This document shows positions 25,940 through 40,700 of a stretch of DNA of 64,000 nucleotides, in pieces (position 1 is the stretch's first letter; each line of letters begins with the position of its first letter). The stretch lies in NCBI GenBank assembly GCA_964016885.1, contig OZ024757.1, positions 2,852,001 to 2,916,000 of the forward strand, read 5' to 3'. The notes below the pieces were generated by a model. The model saw only the letters and a list, made by a program, of their open reading frames with translations, had not been told where the DNA came from and did no database searches. Origin of the DNA: Eledone cirrhosa. Its lineage: Eukaryota. The translations under genes and the position numbers were made by a program.

Positions 25940-27987
25940 GTGATCTCTCAATTCAAAGATTCTTTCCTGATATAATTCTAACCACATATCTATAGTATCA
26001 CAGCTGTGATCTCTCAATTCAAAGATTCTTTCGAGAGATATTCTTACCACATGTTTGTAGTATCAGAGCTGTGATCTCTCAATTCAGAGATTCTTTCCTG
26101 AGACATTCTAACCACATGTCTGTAGTATCAGAGCTGTGATCTCTCAATTCAGAGATTCTTTCCAGAGACATTCTAGCCACATGTCTATAGTATCAGAGCT
26201 GTGATTTCTCAATTCAGAGATTCTTTCCTGAGTGATTCTAACCACATGTCTGTAGTATCAGAGGTGTGATTTCTCAATTCAGAGATTCTTTCCTGAGACA
26301 TTCTAACCAGATGTCTATAGTTTCAGAGCTTTGATCTCTCAATTCAGAGATTCTTTCCTGAGACATTCTAACCACATGTCTATAGTATCAGAGCTGTGAT
26401 CTCTCAACTCAGAGATTCTTTCCTGAGACATTCTAACCACATGGCTGTAGTATCAGGGCTGTGATCTCTCAATTCAAAGATTCTTTCCTGAGATAATTCT
26501 AACCACATATCTATAGTATCAGAGCTTTGATCTCTCAATTCAAAGATTCTTTCCAGAGATATTCTTACCACATGTCTGTAGTATCAGAGCTGTGATCTCT
26601 CAATTCAGAGATTCTTTCCTGAGACATTCTAGCCACATGTCTAAAGTATCAGAGCTGTGATCTCTCAATTCAGAGATTCTTTCCTGAGTGATTCTAACCA
26701 CATGTCAGTAGTATCAGAGGTGTGATCTCTCAATTCAGAGATTCTTTCCTGAGACATTCTAACCACATGTCTACAGTATCAGAGATGTGATCTCTCCATT
26801 CAGAGATTCTTTCGTGAGACATTCTAACCACATTTCTGTAGTATCTGAGCTGTGATCTCTCAATTAAGAGATTCTTTCCTGAGACATTCTAACCACATGG
26901 CTGTAGTATCAGAGCTGTGATCTCTCAATTCAAAGATTCTTTCCTAATATAATTCTAACCACATATCTATAGTATCAGAGCTGTGATCTCTCAATTCAAA
27001 GATTCTTTCGAGAGATATTCTTACCACATGTTTGTAGTATCAGAGCTGTGATCTCTCAATTCAGAGATTCTTTCCTGAGATATTCTAACCACATGTCTGT
27101 AGTATCAGAGCTGTGATCTCTCAATTCAGAGATTCTTTCCAGAGACATTCTAGCCACATGTCTATAGTATCAGAGCTGTGATCTCTCAATTCAGAGATTC
27201 TTTCCTGAGTGATTCTATCCACATGTCTGTAGTATCAGAGGTGTGATTTCTCAATTCAGAGATTCTTTCCTGAGACATTCTAACCAGATGTCTATAGTTT
27301 CAGAGCTTTGATCTCTCAATTCAGAGATTCTTTCCTGAGACATTCTAACCACATGTCTATAGCATCAGAGCTGTGATCTCTCAATTCAGAGATTCTTTCC
27401 TGAGACATTCTAACCACATGGCTGTAGTATCAGAGCTGTGATCTCTCAATTCAAAGATTCATTCCTGAGATAATTCTAACCCCGTATCTATAGTATCAGA
27501 GCTGTGATCTCTCAATTCAGAAAATCTTTCCTGAGACATTCTAACCACATATCGGTAGTATCAGAGCTGTGATCTCTCAATGCAGAGATTCTTTCCTGAC
27601 ACATTCTAACCACATGTCTATAGTATCAGAGCTGTGATCTCTCAAATCAGAGATTCTTTCCTGAGGCATTCTAACCACATGTCTAAAGTATCAGAGCTGT
27701 GATCTCTCAATTCAGAGATTCTTTCCTGAGACATTCAAACCACATGTCTATAGTATCAGAGCTGTGATCTCTCAATTCAGAGATACTTTCCTGAGACATT
27801 CAAACCACATGTCTATAGTATCAGAGCTGTGATCTCTCAATTCAAAGATTCTTTCCTGAGACATTCTAACTACACATCTGTAGTATCAGAGCTGTAATCT
27901 CTCAATTCATAGATTCTTTCCAGAGACATTCTAACCACATGACCATAGTATCAGAGCTGTAATCTCTCAATTCAGAGATTCTTTCCA

Positions 27988-30590
27988 GAGACATTCTAAC
28001 CACATGTCTATAGTATCAGCGCTGTGATCTCTCCATTGAGAGATTCTTTCCTGAGACATTCTAACCACATGGCTGTAGTATCAGAGCTGTGATCTCTAAA
28101 TTCAAAGATTCTTTCCTGAGATAATTCTAACCACATATCTATAGTATCAGAGCTGTGATCTCTCAATTCAAAGACTCTTTCCAGAGATATTCTTACCACA
28201 TGTCTGTAGTATCAGAGCTGTGATCTCTCAATTCAGAGATTCTTTCCTGAGACATTCTAACCACATGTCTGTAGTATCAGAGCTGTGATCTCTCAATTCA
28301 GAGATTCTTTCCTGAGACATTCTAGCCACATGTCTATAGTATCAGAACTGTGATCTCTCAATTCAGAGATTCTTTCCTGAGTGATTCTAACCACATGTCA
28401 GTAGTATCAGAGCTGTGATCTCTCAATTCAGAGATTCTTTCCTGAAACATTCTAACTACATGTCTGTAGTATCAGAGCTGTGATCCCTCAATTTAGAGAT
28501 TCTTTCCTGAGACATTCTAACCACATATCTGTAGTATCAGAGCTGTGATCTCTCAATTCAGAGTTTCTTTCCTGAGACATTCTAAGCACATGGCTGTAGT
28601 ATCAGAGCTGTGATCTCTCAATTCAGAAATTCTTTCCTGAAATATTCTAACCACATATCGGTAGTATCAGAGCTGTGATCTCTCAATGCAGAGATTCTTT
28701 CCTGAGACATTCTAACCACATGTCTAAAGTATCAGAGCTGTGATCTCTCAATTCAGAGATTCTTTCCTGAGACATTCAAACCACATGTCTGTAGTATAAG
28801 AGGTGTGATCTCTCAATTCAAAGATTCTTTCCTGAGACATTCTAACTACATGTCTGTAGTATCAGAGCTGTGATCTGTCAATTCAGAGATTCTTTCCAGA
28901 GACATTCTAACCACATGACCATAGTATCAGAGCTGTGATCTCTCAATTCAGAGATTCTTTCCAGAGACATTCTAACCACATGTCTACAGTATCAGAGATG
29001 TGATCTCTCCATTCAGAGATTCTTTCCTGAGACATTCTAACCACATGTCTGTAGTATCAGAGCTGTGATATCTCAATTCAGAGATTCTTTCCTGACACAT
29101 TCTAACCACACGTCTATACTATCAGAGCTTTGATCTCTCAATTCAAAGATTCTTTCCAGAGATATTCTTACCACATGTCTGTAGTATCAGAGCTGTGATC
29201 TCTCAATTCAGAGATTCTTTCCTGAGACATTCTAGCCACATGTCTAAAGTATCAGAGCTGTGATCTCTCAATTCAGAGATTCTTTCCTGAGTGATTCTAA
29301 CCACATGTCAGTAGTATCAGAGGTGTGATCTCTCAATTCAGAGATTCTTTCCTGAGACATTCTAACCACATGTCTACAGTATCAGAGATGTGATCTCTCC
29401 ATTCAGAGATTCTTTCGTGAGACATTCTAACCACATTTCTGTAGTATCTGAGCTGTGATCTCTCAATTAAGAGATTCTTTCCTGAGACATTCTAACCACA
29501 TGGCTGTAGTATCAGAGCTGTGATCTCTCAATTCAAAGATTCTTTCCTAATATAATTCTAACCACATATCTATAGTATCAGAGCTGTGATCTCTCAATTC
29601 AAAGATTCTTTCGAGAGATATTCTTACCACATGTTTGTAGTATCAGAGCTGTGATCTCTCAATTCAGAGATTCTTTCCTGAGACATTCTAACCACATGTC
29701 TGTAGTATCAGAGCTGTGATCTCTCAATTCAGAGATTCTTTCCAGAGACATTCTAGCCACATGTCTATAGTATCAGAGCTGTGATCTCTCAATTCAGAGA
29801 TTCTTTCCTGAGTGATTCTATCCACATGTCTGTAGTATCAGAGGTGTGATTTCTCAATTCAGAGATTCTTTCCTGAGACATTCTAACCAGATGTCTATAG
29901 TTTCAGAGCTTTGATCTCTCAATTCAGAGATTCTTTCCTGAGACATTCTAACCACATGTCTATAGCATCAGAGCTGTGATCTCTCAATTCAGAGATTCTT
30001 TCCTGAGACATTCTAACCACTTGGCTGTAGTATCAGAGCTGTGATCTCTCAATTCAAAGATTCATTCCTGAGATAATTCTAACCCCATATCTATAGTATC
30101 AGAGCTGTGATCTCTCAATTCAGAAATTCTTTCCTGAGACATTCTAACCACATATCGGTAGTATCAGAGCTGTGATCTCTCAATGCAGAGATTCTTTCCT
30201 GACACATTCTAACCACATGTCTATAGTATCAGAGCTGTGATCTCTCAAATCAGAGATTCTTTCCTGAGGCATTCTAACCACATGTCTAAAGTATCAGAGC
30301 TGTGATCTCTCAATTCAGAGATTCTTTCCTGAGACATTCAAACCACATGTCTATAGTATCAGAGCTGTGATCTCTCAATTCAGAGATTCTTTCCTGAGAC
30401 ATTCAAACCACATGTCTATAGTATCAGAGCTGTGATCTCTCAATTCAAAGATTCTTTCCTGAGACATTCTAACTACACATCTGTAGTATCAGAGCTGTAA
30501 TCTCTCAATTCATAGATTCTTTCCAGAGACATTCTAACCACATGACCATAGTATCAGAGCTGTAATCTCTCAATTCAGAGATTCTTTCCA
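27988..30590. repeat. Representative 40-monomer higher-order repeat unit (2603 bp)
   Basis: I read this stretch monomer by monomer. It holds 40 monomers, three of them 66 bp (starting 28118, 29549, 30070). The same variant order restarts at 30591. The landmark ORFs at 28008 and 30611 are 2603 bp apart. Confidence 0.9.
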
Positions 30591-33500
30591 GAGACATTCT
30601 AACCACATGTCTATAGTATCAGCGCTGTGATCTCTCCATTGAGAGATTCTTTCCTGAGACATTCTAACCACATGGCTGTAGTATCAGAGCTGTGATCTCT
30701 CAATTCAAAGATTCTTTCCTGAGATAATTGTAACCACATATCTATAGTATCAGAGCTGTGATCTCTCAATTCAAAGACTCTTTCCAGAGATATTCTTACC
30801 ACATGTCTGTAGTATCAGAGCTGTGATCTCTCAATTCAGAGATTCTTTCCTGAGACATTCTAACCACATGTCTGTAGTATCAGAGCTGTGATCTCTCAAT
30901 TCAGAGATTCTTTCCTGAGACATTCTAGCCACATGTCTATAGTATCAGAACTGTGATCTCTCAATTCAGAGATTCTTTCCTGAGTGATTCTAACCACATG
31001 TCAGTAGTATCAGAGCTGTGATCTCTCAATTCAGAGATTCTTTCCTGAAACATTCTAACTACATGTCTGTAGTATCAGAGCTGTGATCCCTCAATTTAGA
31101 GATTCTTTCCTGAGACATTCTAACCCCATATCTGTAGTATCAGAGCTGTGATCTCTCAATTCAGAGTTTCTTTCCTGAGACATTCTAAGCACATGGCTGT
31201 AGTATCAGAGCTGTGATCTCTCAATTCAGAAATTCTTTCCTGAAATATTCTAACCACATATCGGTAGTATCAGAGCTGTGATCTCTCAATGCAGAGATTC
31301 TTTCCTGAGACATTCTAACCACATGTCTAAAGTATCAGAGCTGTGATCTCTCAATTCAGAGATTCTTTCCTGAGACATTCTAACCACATGTCTGTAGTAT
31401 CAGAGGTGTGATCTCTCAATTCAAAGATTCTTTCCTGAGACATTCTAACTACATGTCTGTAGTATCAGAGCTGTGATCTGTCAATTCAGAGATTCTTTCC
31501 AGAGACATTCTAACCACATGACCATAGTATCAGAGCTGTGATCTCTCAATTCAGAGATTCTTTCCAGAGACATTCTAACCACATGTCTACAGTATCAGAG
31601 ATGTGATCTCTCCATTCAGAGATTCTTTCCTGAGACATTCTAACCACATGTCTGTAGTATCAGAGCTGTGATATCTCAATTCAGAGATTCTTTCCTGACA
31701 CATTCTAACCACACGTCTATACTATCAGAGCTTTGATCTCTCAATTCAAAGATTCTTTCCAGAGATATTCTTACCACATGTCTGTAGTATCAGAGCTGTG
31801 ATCTCTCAATTCAGAGATTCTTTCCTGAGACATTCTAGCCACATGTCTAAAGTATCAGAGCTGTGATCTCTCAATTCAGAGATTCTTTCCTGAGTGATTC
31901 TAACCACATGTCAGTAGTATCAGAGGTGTGATCTCTCAATTCAGAGATTCTTTCCTGAGACATTCTAACCACATGTCTACAGTATCAGAGATGTGATCTC
32001 TCCATTCAGAGATTCTTTCGTGAGACATTCTAACCACATTTCTGTAGTATCTGAGCTGTGATCTCTCAATTAAGAGATTCTTTCCTGAGACATTCTAACC
32101 ACATGGCTGTAGTATCAGAGCTGTGATCTCTCAATTCAAAGATTCTTTCCTAATATAATTCTAACCACATATCTATAGTATCAGAGCTGTGATCTCTCAA
32201 TTCAAAGATTCTTTCGAGAGATATTCTTACCACATGTTTGTAGTATCAGAGCTGTGATCTCTCAATTCAGAGATTCTTTCCTGAGACATTCTAACCACAT
32301 GTCTGTAGTATCAGAGCTGTGATCTCTCAATTCAGAGATTCTTTCCAGAGACATTCTAGCCACATGTCTATAGTATCAGAGCTGTGATCTCTCAATTCAG
32401 AGATTCTTTCCTGAGTGATTCTATCCACATGTCTGTAGTATCAGAGGTGTGATTTCTCAATTCAGAGATTCTTTCCTGAGACATTCTAACCAGATGTCTA
32501 TAGTTTCAGAGCTTTGATCTCTCAATTCAGAGATTCTTTCCTGAGACATTCTATCCACATGTCTATAGCATCAGAGCTGTGATCACTCAATTCAGAGATT
32601 CTTTCCTGAGACATTCTAACCACATGGCTGTAGTATCAGAGCTGTGATCTCTCAATTGAAAGATTCATTCCTGAGATAATTCTAACCCCATATCTAAAGT
32701 ATCAGAGCTGTGATCTCTCAATTCAGAGATTCTTTCCTGAGACATTCAAACCACATGTCTATAGTATCAGAGCTGTGATCTCTCAATTCAGAGATTCTTT
32801 CCTGAGACATTCAAACCACATGTCTATAGTATCAGAGCTGTGATCTCTCAATTCAAAGATTCTTTCCTGAGACATTCTAACTACACATCTGTAGTATCAG
32901 AGCTGTAATCTCTCAATTCATAGATTCTTTCCAGAGACATTCTAACCACATGACCATAGTATCAGAGCTGTAATCTCTCAATTCAGAGATTCTTTCCAGA
33001 GACATTCTAACCACATGTCTATAGTATCAGCGCTGTGATCTCTCCATTGAGAGATTCTTTCCTGAGACATTCTAACCACATGGCTGTAGTATCAGAGCTG
33101 TGATCTCTCAATTCAAAGATTCTTTCCTGAGATAATTCTAACCACATATCTATAGTATCAGAGCTGTGATCTCTCAATTCAAAGACTCTTTCCAGAGACA
33201 TTCTTACCACATGTCTGTAGTATCAGAGCTGTGATCTCTCAATTCAGAGATTCTTTCCTGAGACATTCTAACCACATGTCTGTAGTATCAGAGCTGTGAT
33301 CTCTCAATTCAGAGATTCTTTCCTGAGACATTCTAGCCACATGTCTATAGTATCAGAGCTGTGATCTCTCAATTCAGAGATTCTTTCCTGAGTGATTCTA
33401 ACCACATGTCAGTAGTATCAGAGCTGTGATCTCTCAATTCAGAGATTCTTTCCTGAAACATTCTAACTACATGTCTGTAGTATCAGAGCTGTGATTCCTC

Positions 33501-36500
33501 AATTTAGAGATTCTTTCCTGAGACATTCTAACCACATGTCTAAAGTATCAGAGCTGTGATCTCTCAATTCAGAGATTCTTTCCTGAGACATTCAAACCAC
33601 ATGTCTGTAGTATCAGAGGTGTGATCTCTCAATTCAAAGATTCTTTCCTGAGACATTCTAACTACATGTCTGTAGTATCAGAGCTGTGATCTGTCAATTC
33701 AGAGATTCTTTCCAGAGACATTCTAACCACATGACCATAGTATCAGAGCTGTGATCTCTCAATTCAGAGATTCTTTCCAGAGACATTCTAACCACATGTC
33801 TACAGTATCAGAGATGTGATCTCTCCATTCAGAGATTCTTTCCTGAGACATTCTAACCACATGTCTGTAGTATCAGAGCTGTGATATCTCAATTCAGAGA
33901 TTCTTTCCTGACACATTCTAACCACACGTCTATACTATCAGAGCTGTGATCTCTCAATTCAAAGATTCTTTCCTGATATAATTCTAACCACATATCTATA
34001 GTATCAGAGCTGTGATCTCTCAATTCAAAGATTCTTTCGAGAGATATTCTTACCACATGTTTGTAGTATCAGAGCTGTGATCTCTCAATTCAGAGATTCT
34101 TTCCTGAGACATTCTAACCACATGTCTGTACTATCAGAGCTGTGATCTCTCAATTCAGAGATTCTTTCCAGAGACATTCTAGCCACATGTCTATAGTATC
34201 AGAGCTGTGATTTCTCAATTCAGAGATTCTTTCCTGAGTGATTCTAACCACATGTCTGTAGTATCAGAGGTGTGATTTCTCAATTCAGAGATTCTTTCCT
34301 GAGACATTCTAACCAGATGTCTATAGTTTCAGAGCTTTGATCTCTCAATTCAGAGATTCTTTCCTGAGACATTCTAACCACATGTCTATAGTATCAGAGC
34401 TGTGATCTCTCAATTCAGAGATTCTTTCCTGAAACATTCTAACCACATGGCTGTAGTATCAGGGCTGTGATCTCTCAATTCAAAGATTCTTTCCTGAGAT
34501 AATTTTAACCACATATCTATAGTATCAGAGCTGTGATCTCTCAATTCAAAGATTCTTTCCAGAGATATTCTTACCACATGTCTGTAGTATCAGAGCTGTG
34601 ATCTCTCAATTCAGAGATTCTTTCCTGAGACATTCTAGCCACATGTCTAAAGTATCAGAGCTGTGATCTCTCAATTCAGAGATTCTTTCCTGAGTGATTC
34701 TAACCACATGTCAGTAGTATCAGAGGCGTGATCTCTCAATTCAGAGATTCTTTCCTGAGACATTCTAACCACATGTCTACAGTATCAGAGATGTGATCTC
34801 TCCATTCAGAGATTCTTTCGTGAGACATTCTAACCACATTTCTGTAGTATCTGAGCTGTGATCTCTCAATTAAGAGATTCTTTCCTGAGACATTCTAACC
34901 ACATGGCTGTAGTATCAGAGCTGTGATCTCTCAATTCAAAGATTCTTTCCTAATATAATTCTAACCACATATCTATAGTATGAGAGCTGTGATCTCTCAA
35001 TTCAAAGATTCTTTCGAGAGATATTCTTACCACATGTTTGTAGTATCAGAGCTGTGATCTCTCAATTCAGAGATTCTTTCCTGAGACATTCTAACCACAT
35101 GTCTGTAGTATCAGAGCTGTGATCTCTCAATTCAGAGATTCTTTCCAGAGACATTCTAGCCACATGTCTATAGTATCAGAGCTGTGATCTCTCAATTCAG
35201 AGATTCTTTCCTGAGTGATTCTATCCACATGTCTGTAGTATCAGAGGTGTGATTTCTCAATTCAGAGATTCTTTCCTGAGACATTCTAACCAGATGTCTA
35301 TAGTTTCAGAGCTTTGATCTCTCAATTCAGAGATTCTTTCCTGAGACATTCTAACCACATGTCTATAGCATCAGAGCTGTGATCTCTCAATTCAGAGATT
35401 CTTTCCTGAGACATTCTAACCACATGGCTGTTGTATCAGAGCTGTGATCTCTCAATTCAAAGATTCATTCCTGAGATAATTCTAACCCCATATCTATAGT
35501 ATCAGAGCTGTGATCTCTCAATTCAGAAATTCTTTCCTGAGACATTCTAACCACATATCGGTAGTATCAGAGCTGTGATCTCTCAATGCAGAGATTCTTT
35601 CCTGACACATTCTAACCACATGTCTATAGTATCAGAGCTGTGATCTCTCAAATCAGAGATTCTTTCCTGAGGCATTCTAACCACATGTCTAAAGTATCAG
35701 AGCTGTGATCTCTCAATTCAGAGATTCTTTCCTGAGACATTCAAACCACATGTCTATAGTATCAGAGCTGTGATCTCTCAATTCAGAGATTCTTTCCTGA
35801 GACATTCAAACCACATGTCTATAGTATCAGAGCTGTGATCTCTCAATTCAAAGATTCTTTCCTGAGACATTCTAACTACACATCTGTAGTATCAGAGCTG
35901 TAATCTCTCAATTCATAGATTCTTTCCAGAGACATTCTAACCACATGACCATAGTATCAGAGCTGTAATCTCTCAATTCAGAGATTCTTTCCAGAGACAT
36001 TCTAACCACATGTCTATAGTATCAGCGCTGTGATCTCTCCATTCAGAGATTCTTTCCTGAGACATTCTAACCACATGTCTATAGCATCAGAGCTGTGATC
36101 TCTCAATTCAGAGATTCTTTCCTGAGACATTCTAACCACATGGCTGTAGTATCAGAGCTGTGATCTCTCAATTCAAAGATTCATTCCTGAGATAATTCTA
36201 ACCCCATATCTATAGTATCAGAGCTGTGATCTCTCAATTCAGAAATTCTTTCCTGAGACATTCTAACCACATATCGGTAGTATCAGAGCTGTGATCTCTC
36301 AATGCAGAGATTCTTTCCTGACACATTCTAACCACATGTCTATAGTATCAGAGCTGTGATCTCTCAAATCAGAGATTCTTTCCTGAGGCATTCTAACCAC
36401 ATGTCTAAAGTATCAGAGCTGTGATCTCTCAATTCAGAGATTCTTTCCTGAGACATTCAAACCACATGTCTATAGTATCAGAGCTGTGATCTCTCAATTC

Positions 36501-37739
36501 AGAGATTCTTTCCTGAGACATTCAAACCACATGTCTATAGTATCAGAGCTGTGATCTCTCAATTCAAAGATTCTTTCCTGAGACATTCTAACTACACATC
36601 TGTAGTATCAGAGCTGTAATCTCTCAATTCATAGATTCTTTCCAGAGACATTCTAACCACATGACCATAGTATCAGAGCTGTAATCTCTCAATTCAGAGA
36701 TTCTTTCCTGAGACATTCTAACCACATGTCTGTAGTATCAGAGCTGTGATCTCTCAATTCAGAGATTCTTTCCTGAGACATTCTAACCACATGGCTGTAG
36801 TATCAGAGCTGTCATCTCTCAATTCAAAGATTCATTCCTGAGATAATTCTAACCCCATATCTATAGTATCAGAGCTGTGATCTCTCAATTCAAAGATTCT
36901 TTCCAGAGATATTCTTACCACATGCCTGTAGTATCAGAGCTGTGATCTCTCAATTCAGAGATTCTTTCCTGAGACGTTCTAACCACATGTCTGTAGTATC
37001 AGAGGTGTGATCTCTCAATTCAAAGATTCTTTCCTGAGACATTCTAACTACATGTCTGTAGTATCAGAGCTGTGATCTGTCAATTCAGAGATTCTTTCCA
37101 GAGACATTCTAACCACATGACCATAGTATCAGAGCTGTGATCTCTCAATTCAGAGATTCTTTCCAGAGACATTCTAACCACATGTCTGTAGTATCAGATA
37201 TGTGATCTCTCCATTCAGAGATTCTTTCCTGAGACATTCTAACCACATGTCTGTAGTATCAGAGCTGTGATATCTCAATTCAGAGATTCTTTCCTGACAC
37301 ATTCTAACCACACGTCTATACTATCAGAGCTGTGATCTCTCAATTCAGAGATTCTTTCCTGAGACATTCTAACCACATGGCTGTAGTATCAGAGCTGTGA
37401 TCTCTCAATTCAAATATTCTTTCCTGATATAATTCTAACCACATATCTATAGTATCAGAGCTGTGATCTCTCAATTCAAAGATTCTTTCGAGAGATATTC
37501 TTACCACATGTTTGTAGTATCAGAGCTGTGATCTCTCAATTCAGAGATTCTTTCCTGAGACATTCTAACCACATGTCTGTAGTATCAGAGCTGTGATCTC
37601 TCAATTCAGAGATTCTTTCCAGAGACATTCTAGCCACATGTCTATAGTGTCAGAGCTGTGATTTCTCAGTTCAGAGATTCTTTCCTGAGTGATTCTAACC
37701 ACATGTCTGTAGTATCAGAGCTGTGATCTCTCAATTCAG

Positions 37740-40700
37740 AGATTCTTTCCTGAGACATTCTAGCCACATGTCTATAGTATCAGAGCTGTGATCTCTCAAT
37801 TCAGAGATTCTTTCCTGAGTGATTCTAACCACATGTCAGTAGTATCAGAGGTGTGATCTCTCAATTCAGAGATTCTTTCCTGAGACATTCTAACCAGATG
37901 TCTGTAGTATCAGAGCTGTGATCTCTCAATTCAGAGATTCTTTCATGAGACATTCTAAACACATGACAATAGTAACAGAGCTGTGATCTCTCAATTCAGA
38001 GATTCCTTCCAGAGACACACTAACCACATGTCTGTAGTATCAGAGCTGTGATCTCTCAATTCAGAGTTTCTTTCCTGAGACATTCTAAGCACATGTCTAT
38101 AGTATCAGAGCTGAGATCTCTCAATTCAGAGATTATTTCCTGAGACATTCTAACTACATGTCTGTAGTATCAGAGCTGTGATCTCTCAATTTAGAGATTC
38201 TTTTCTGAGACATTCTAACCACATATCTGTAGTATCAGAGCTGTGAACTCTCAATTCAGAGTTTCTTTCCTGAGACATTCTAGTCACATGTCTATAGTAT
38301 CAGAGCTGTGATCTCTCAATTCAGAGATTATTTCCTGAGACATTCTAACTACATGTCTGTAGTATCTGAGCTGTGATCTCTCAATTTAGAGATTCTTTCC
38401 TGAGACATTCAAACCACATGTCTGTAGTATCAGAGGTGTGATCTCTCAATTCAAAGATTATTTCCTGAGACATTCTAACCTAATGACAAAAGTATCAGAG
38501 CTGTGATCTCTCAATTCAGAGATTCTTTCCAGAGACATTCTAACCACATGACCATAGTATCAGAGCTGTGTTCTCTCAATTCAGAGATTCTTTCCAGAGA
38601 CATTCTAACCCAATGTCTATAGTATCAGAGATGTGATCTCCCCATTCAGAGATTCTTTCCTGAGACATTCTAACCACATGTCTGTAGTATCAGAGCTGTG
38701 ATATCTCAATTCAGAGATTCTTTCCTGACACATTCTAACCACACGTCTATACTATCAGAGCTTTGATCTCTCAATTCAAAGATTCTTTCCAGAGATATTC
38801 TTACCACATGTCTGTAGTATCAGAGCTGTGATCTCTCAATTCAGAGATTCTTTCCTGAGACATTCTAGCCACATGTCTAAAGTATCAGAGCTGTGATCTC
38901 TCAATTCAGAGATTCTTTCCTGAGTGATTCTAACCACATGTCAGTAGTATCAGAGGTGTGATCTCTCAATTCAGAGATTCTTTCCTGAGACATTCTAACC
39001 ACATGTCTACAGTATCAGAGATGTGATCTCTCCATTCAGAGATTCTTTCGTGAGACATTCTAACCACATTTCTGTAGTATCTGAGCTGTGATCTCTCAAT
39101 TAAGAGATTCTTTCCTGAGACATTCTAACCACATGGCTGTAGTATCAGAGCTGTGATCTCTCAATTCAAAGATTCTTTCCTAATATAATTCTAACCACAT
39201 ATCTATAGTATCAGAGCTGTGATCTCTCAATTCAAAGATTCTTTCGAGAGATATTCTTACCACATGTTTGTAGTATCAGAGCTGTGATCTCTCAATTCAG
39301 AGATTCTTTCCTGAGACATTCTAACCACATGTCTGTAGTATCAGAGCTGTGATCTCTCAATTCAGAGATTCTTTCCAGAGACATTCTAGCCACATGTCTA
39401 TAGTATCAGAGCTGTGATCTCTCAATTCAGAGATTCTTTCCTGAGTGATTCTATCCACATGTCTGTAGTATCAGAGGTGTGATTTCTCAATTCAGAGATT
39501 CTTTCCTGAGACATTCTAACCAGATGTCTATAGTTTCAGAGCTTTGATCTCTCAATTCAGAGATTCTTTCCTGAGACATTCTATCCACATGTCTATAGCA
39601 TCAGAGCTGTGATCACTCAATTCAGAGATTCTTTCCTGAGACATTCTAACCACATGGCTGTAGTATCAGAGCTGTGATCTCTCAATTGAAAGATTCATTC
39701 CTGAGATAATTCTAACCCCATATCTAAAGTATCAGAGCTGTGATCTCTCAATTCAGAGATTCTTTCCTGAGACATTCAAACCACATGTCTATAGTATCAG
39801 AGCTGTGATCTCTCAATTCAGAGATTCTTTCCTGAGACATTCAAACCACATGTCTATAGTATCAGAGCTGTGATCTCTCAATTCAAAGATTCTTTCCTGA
39901 GACATTCTAACTACACATCTGTAGTATCAGAGCTGTAATCTCTCAATTCATAGATTCTTTCCAGAGACATTCTAACCACATGACCATAGTATCAGAGCTG
40001 TAATCTCTCAATTCAGAGATTCTTTCCAGAGACATTCTAACCACATGTCTATAGTATCAGCGCTGTGATCTCTCCATTGAGAGATTCTTTCCTGAGACAT
40101 TCTAACCACATGGCTGTAGTATCAGAGCTGTGATCTCTCAATTCAGAGATTCTTTCCTGAGACATTCTAGCCACATGTCTATAGTATCAGAGCTGTGATC
40201 TCTCAATTCAGAGATTCTTTCCTGAGTGATTCTAACCACATGTCAGTAGTATCAGAGGTGTGATCTCTCAATTCAGAGATTCTTTCCTGAGACATTCTAA
40301 CCAGATGTCTGTAGTATCAGAGCTGTGATCTCTCAATTCAGAGATTCTTTCATGAGACATTCTAAACACATGACAATAGTAACAGAGCTGTGATCTCTCA
40401 ATTCAGAGATTCCTTCCAGAGACACACTAACCACATGTCTGTAGTATCAGAGCTGTGATCTCTCAATTCAGAGTTTCTTTCCTGAGACATTCTAAGCACA
40501 TGTCTATAGTATCAGAGCTGAGATCTCTCAATTCAGAGATTATTTCCTGAGACATTCTAACTACATGTCTGTAGTATCAGAGCTGTGATCTCTCAATTTA
40601 GAGATTCTTTTCTGAGACATTCTAACCACATATCTGTAGTATCAGAGCTGTGAACTCTCAATTCAGAGTTTCTTTCCTGAGACATTCTAGTCACATGTCT

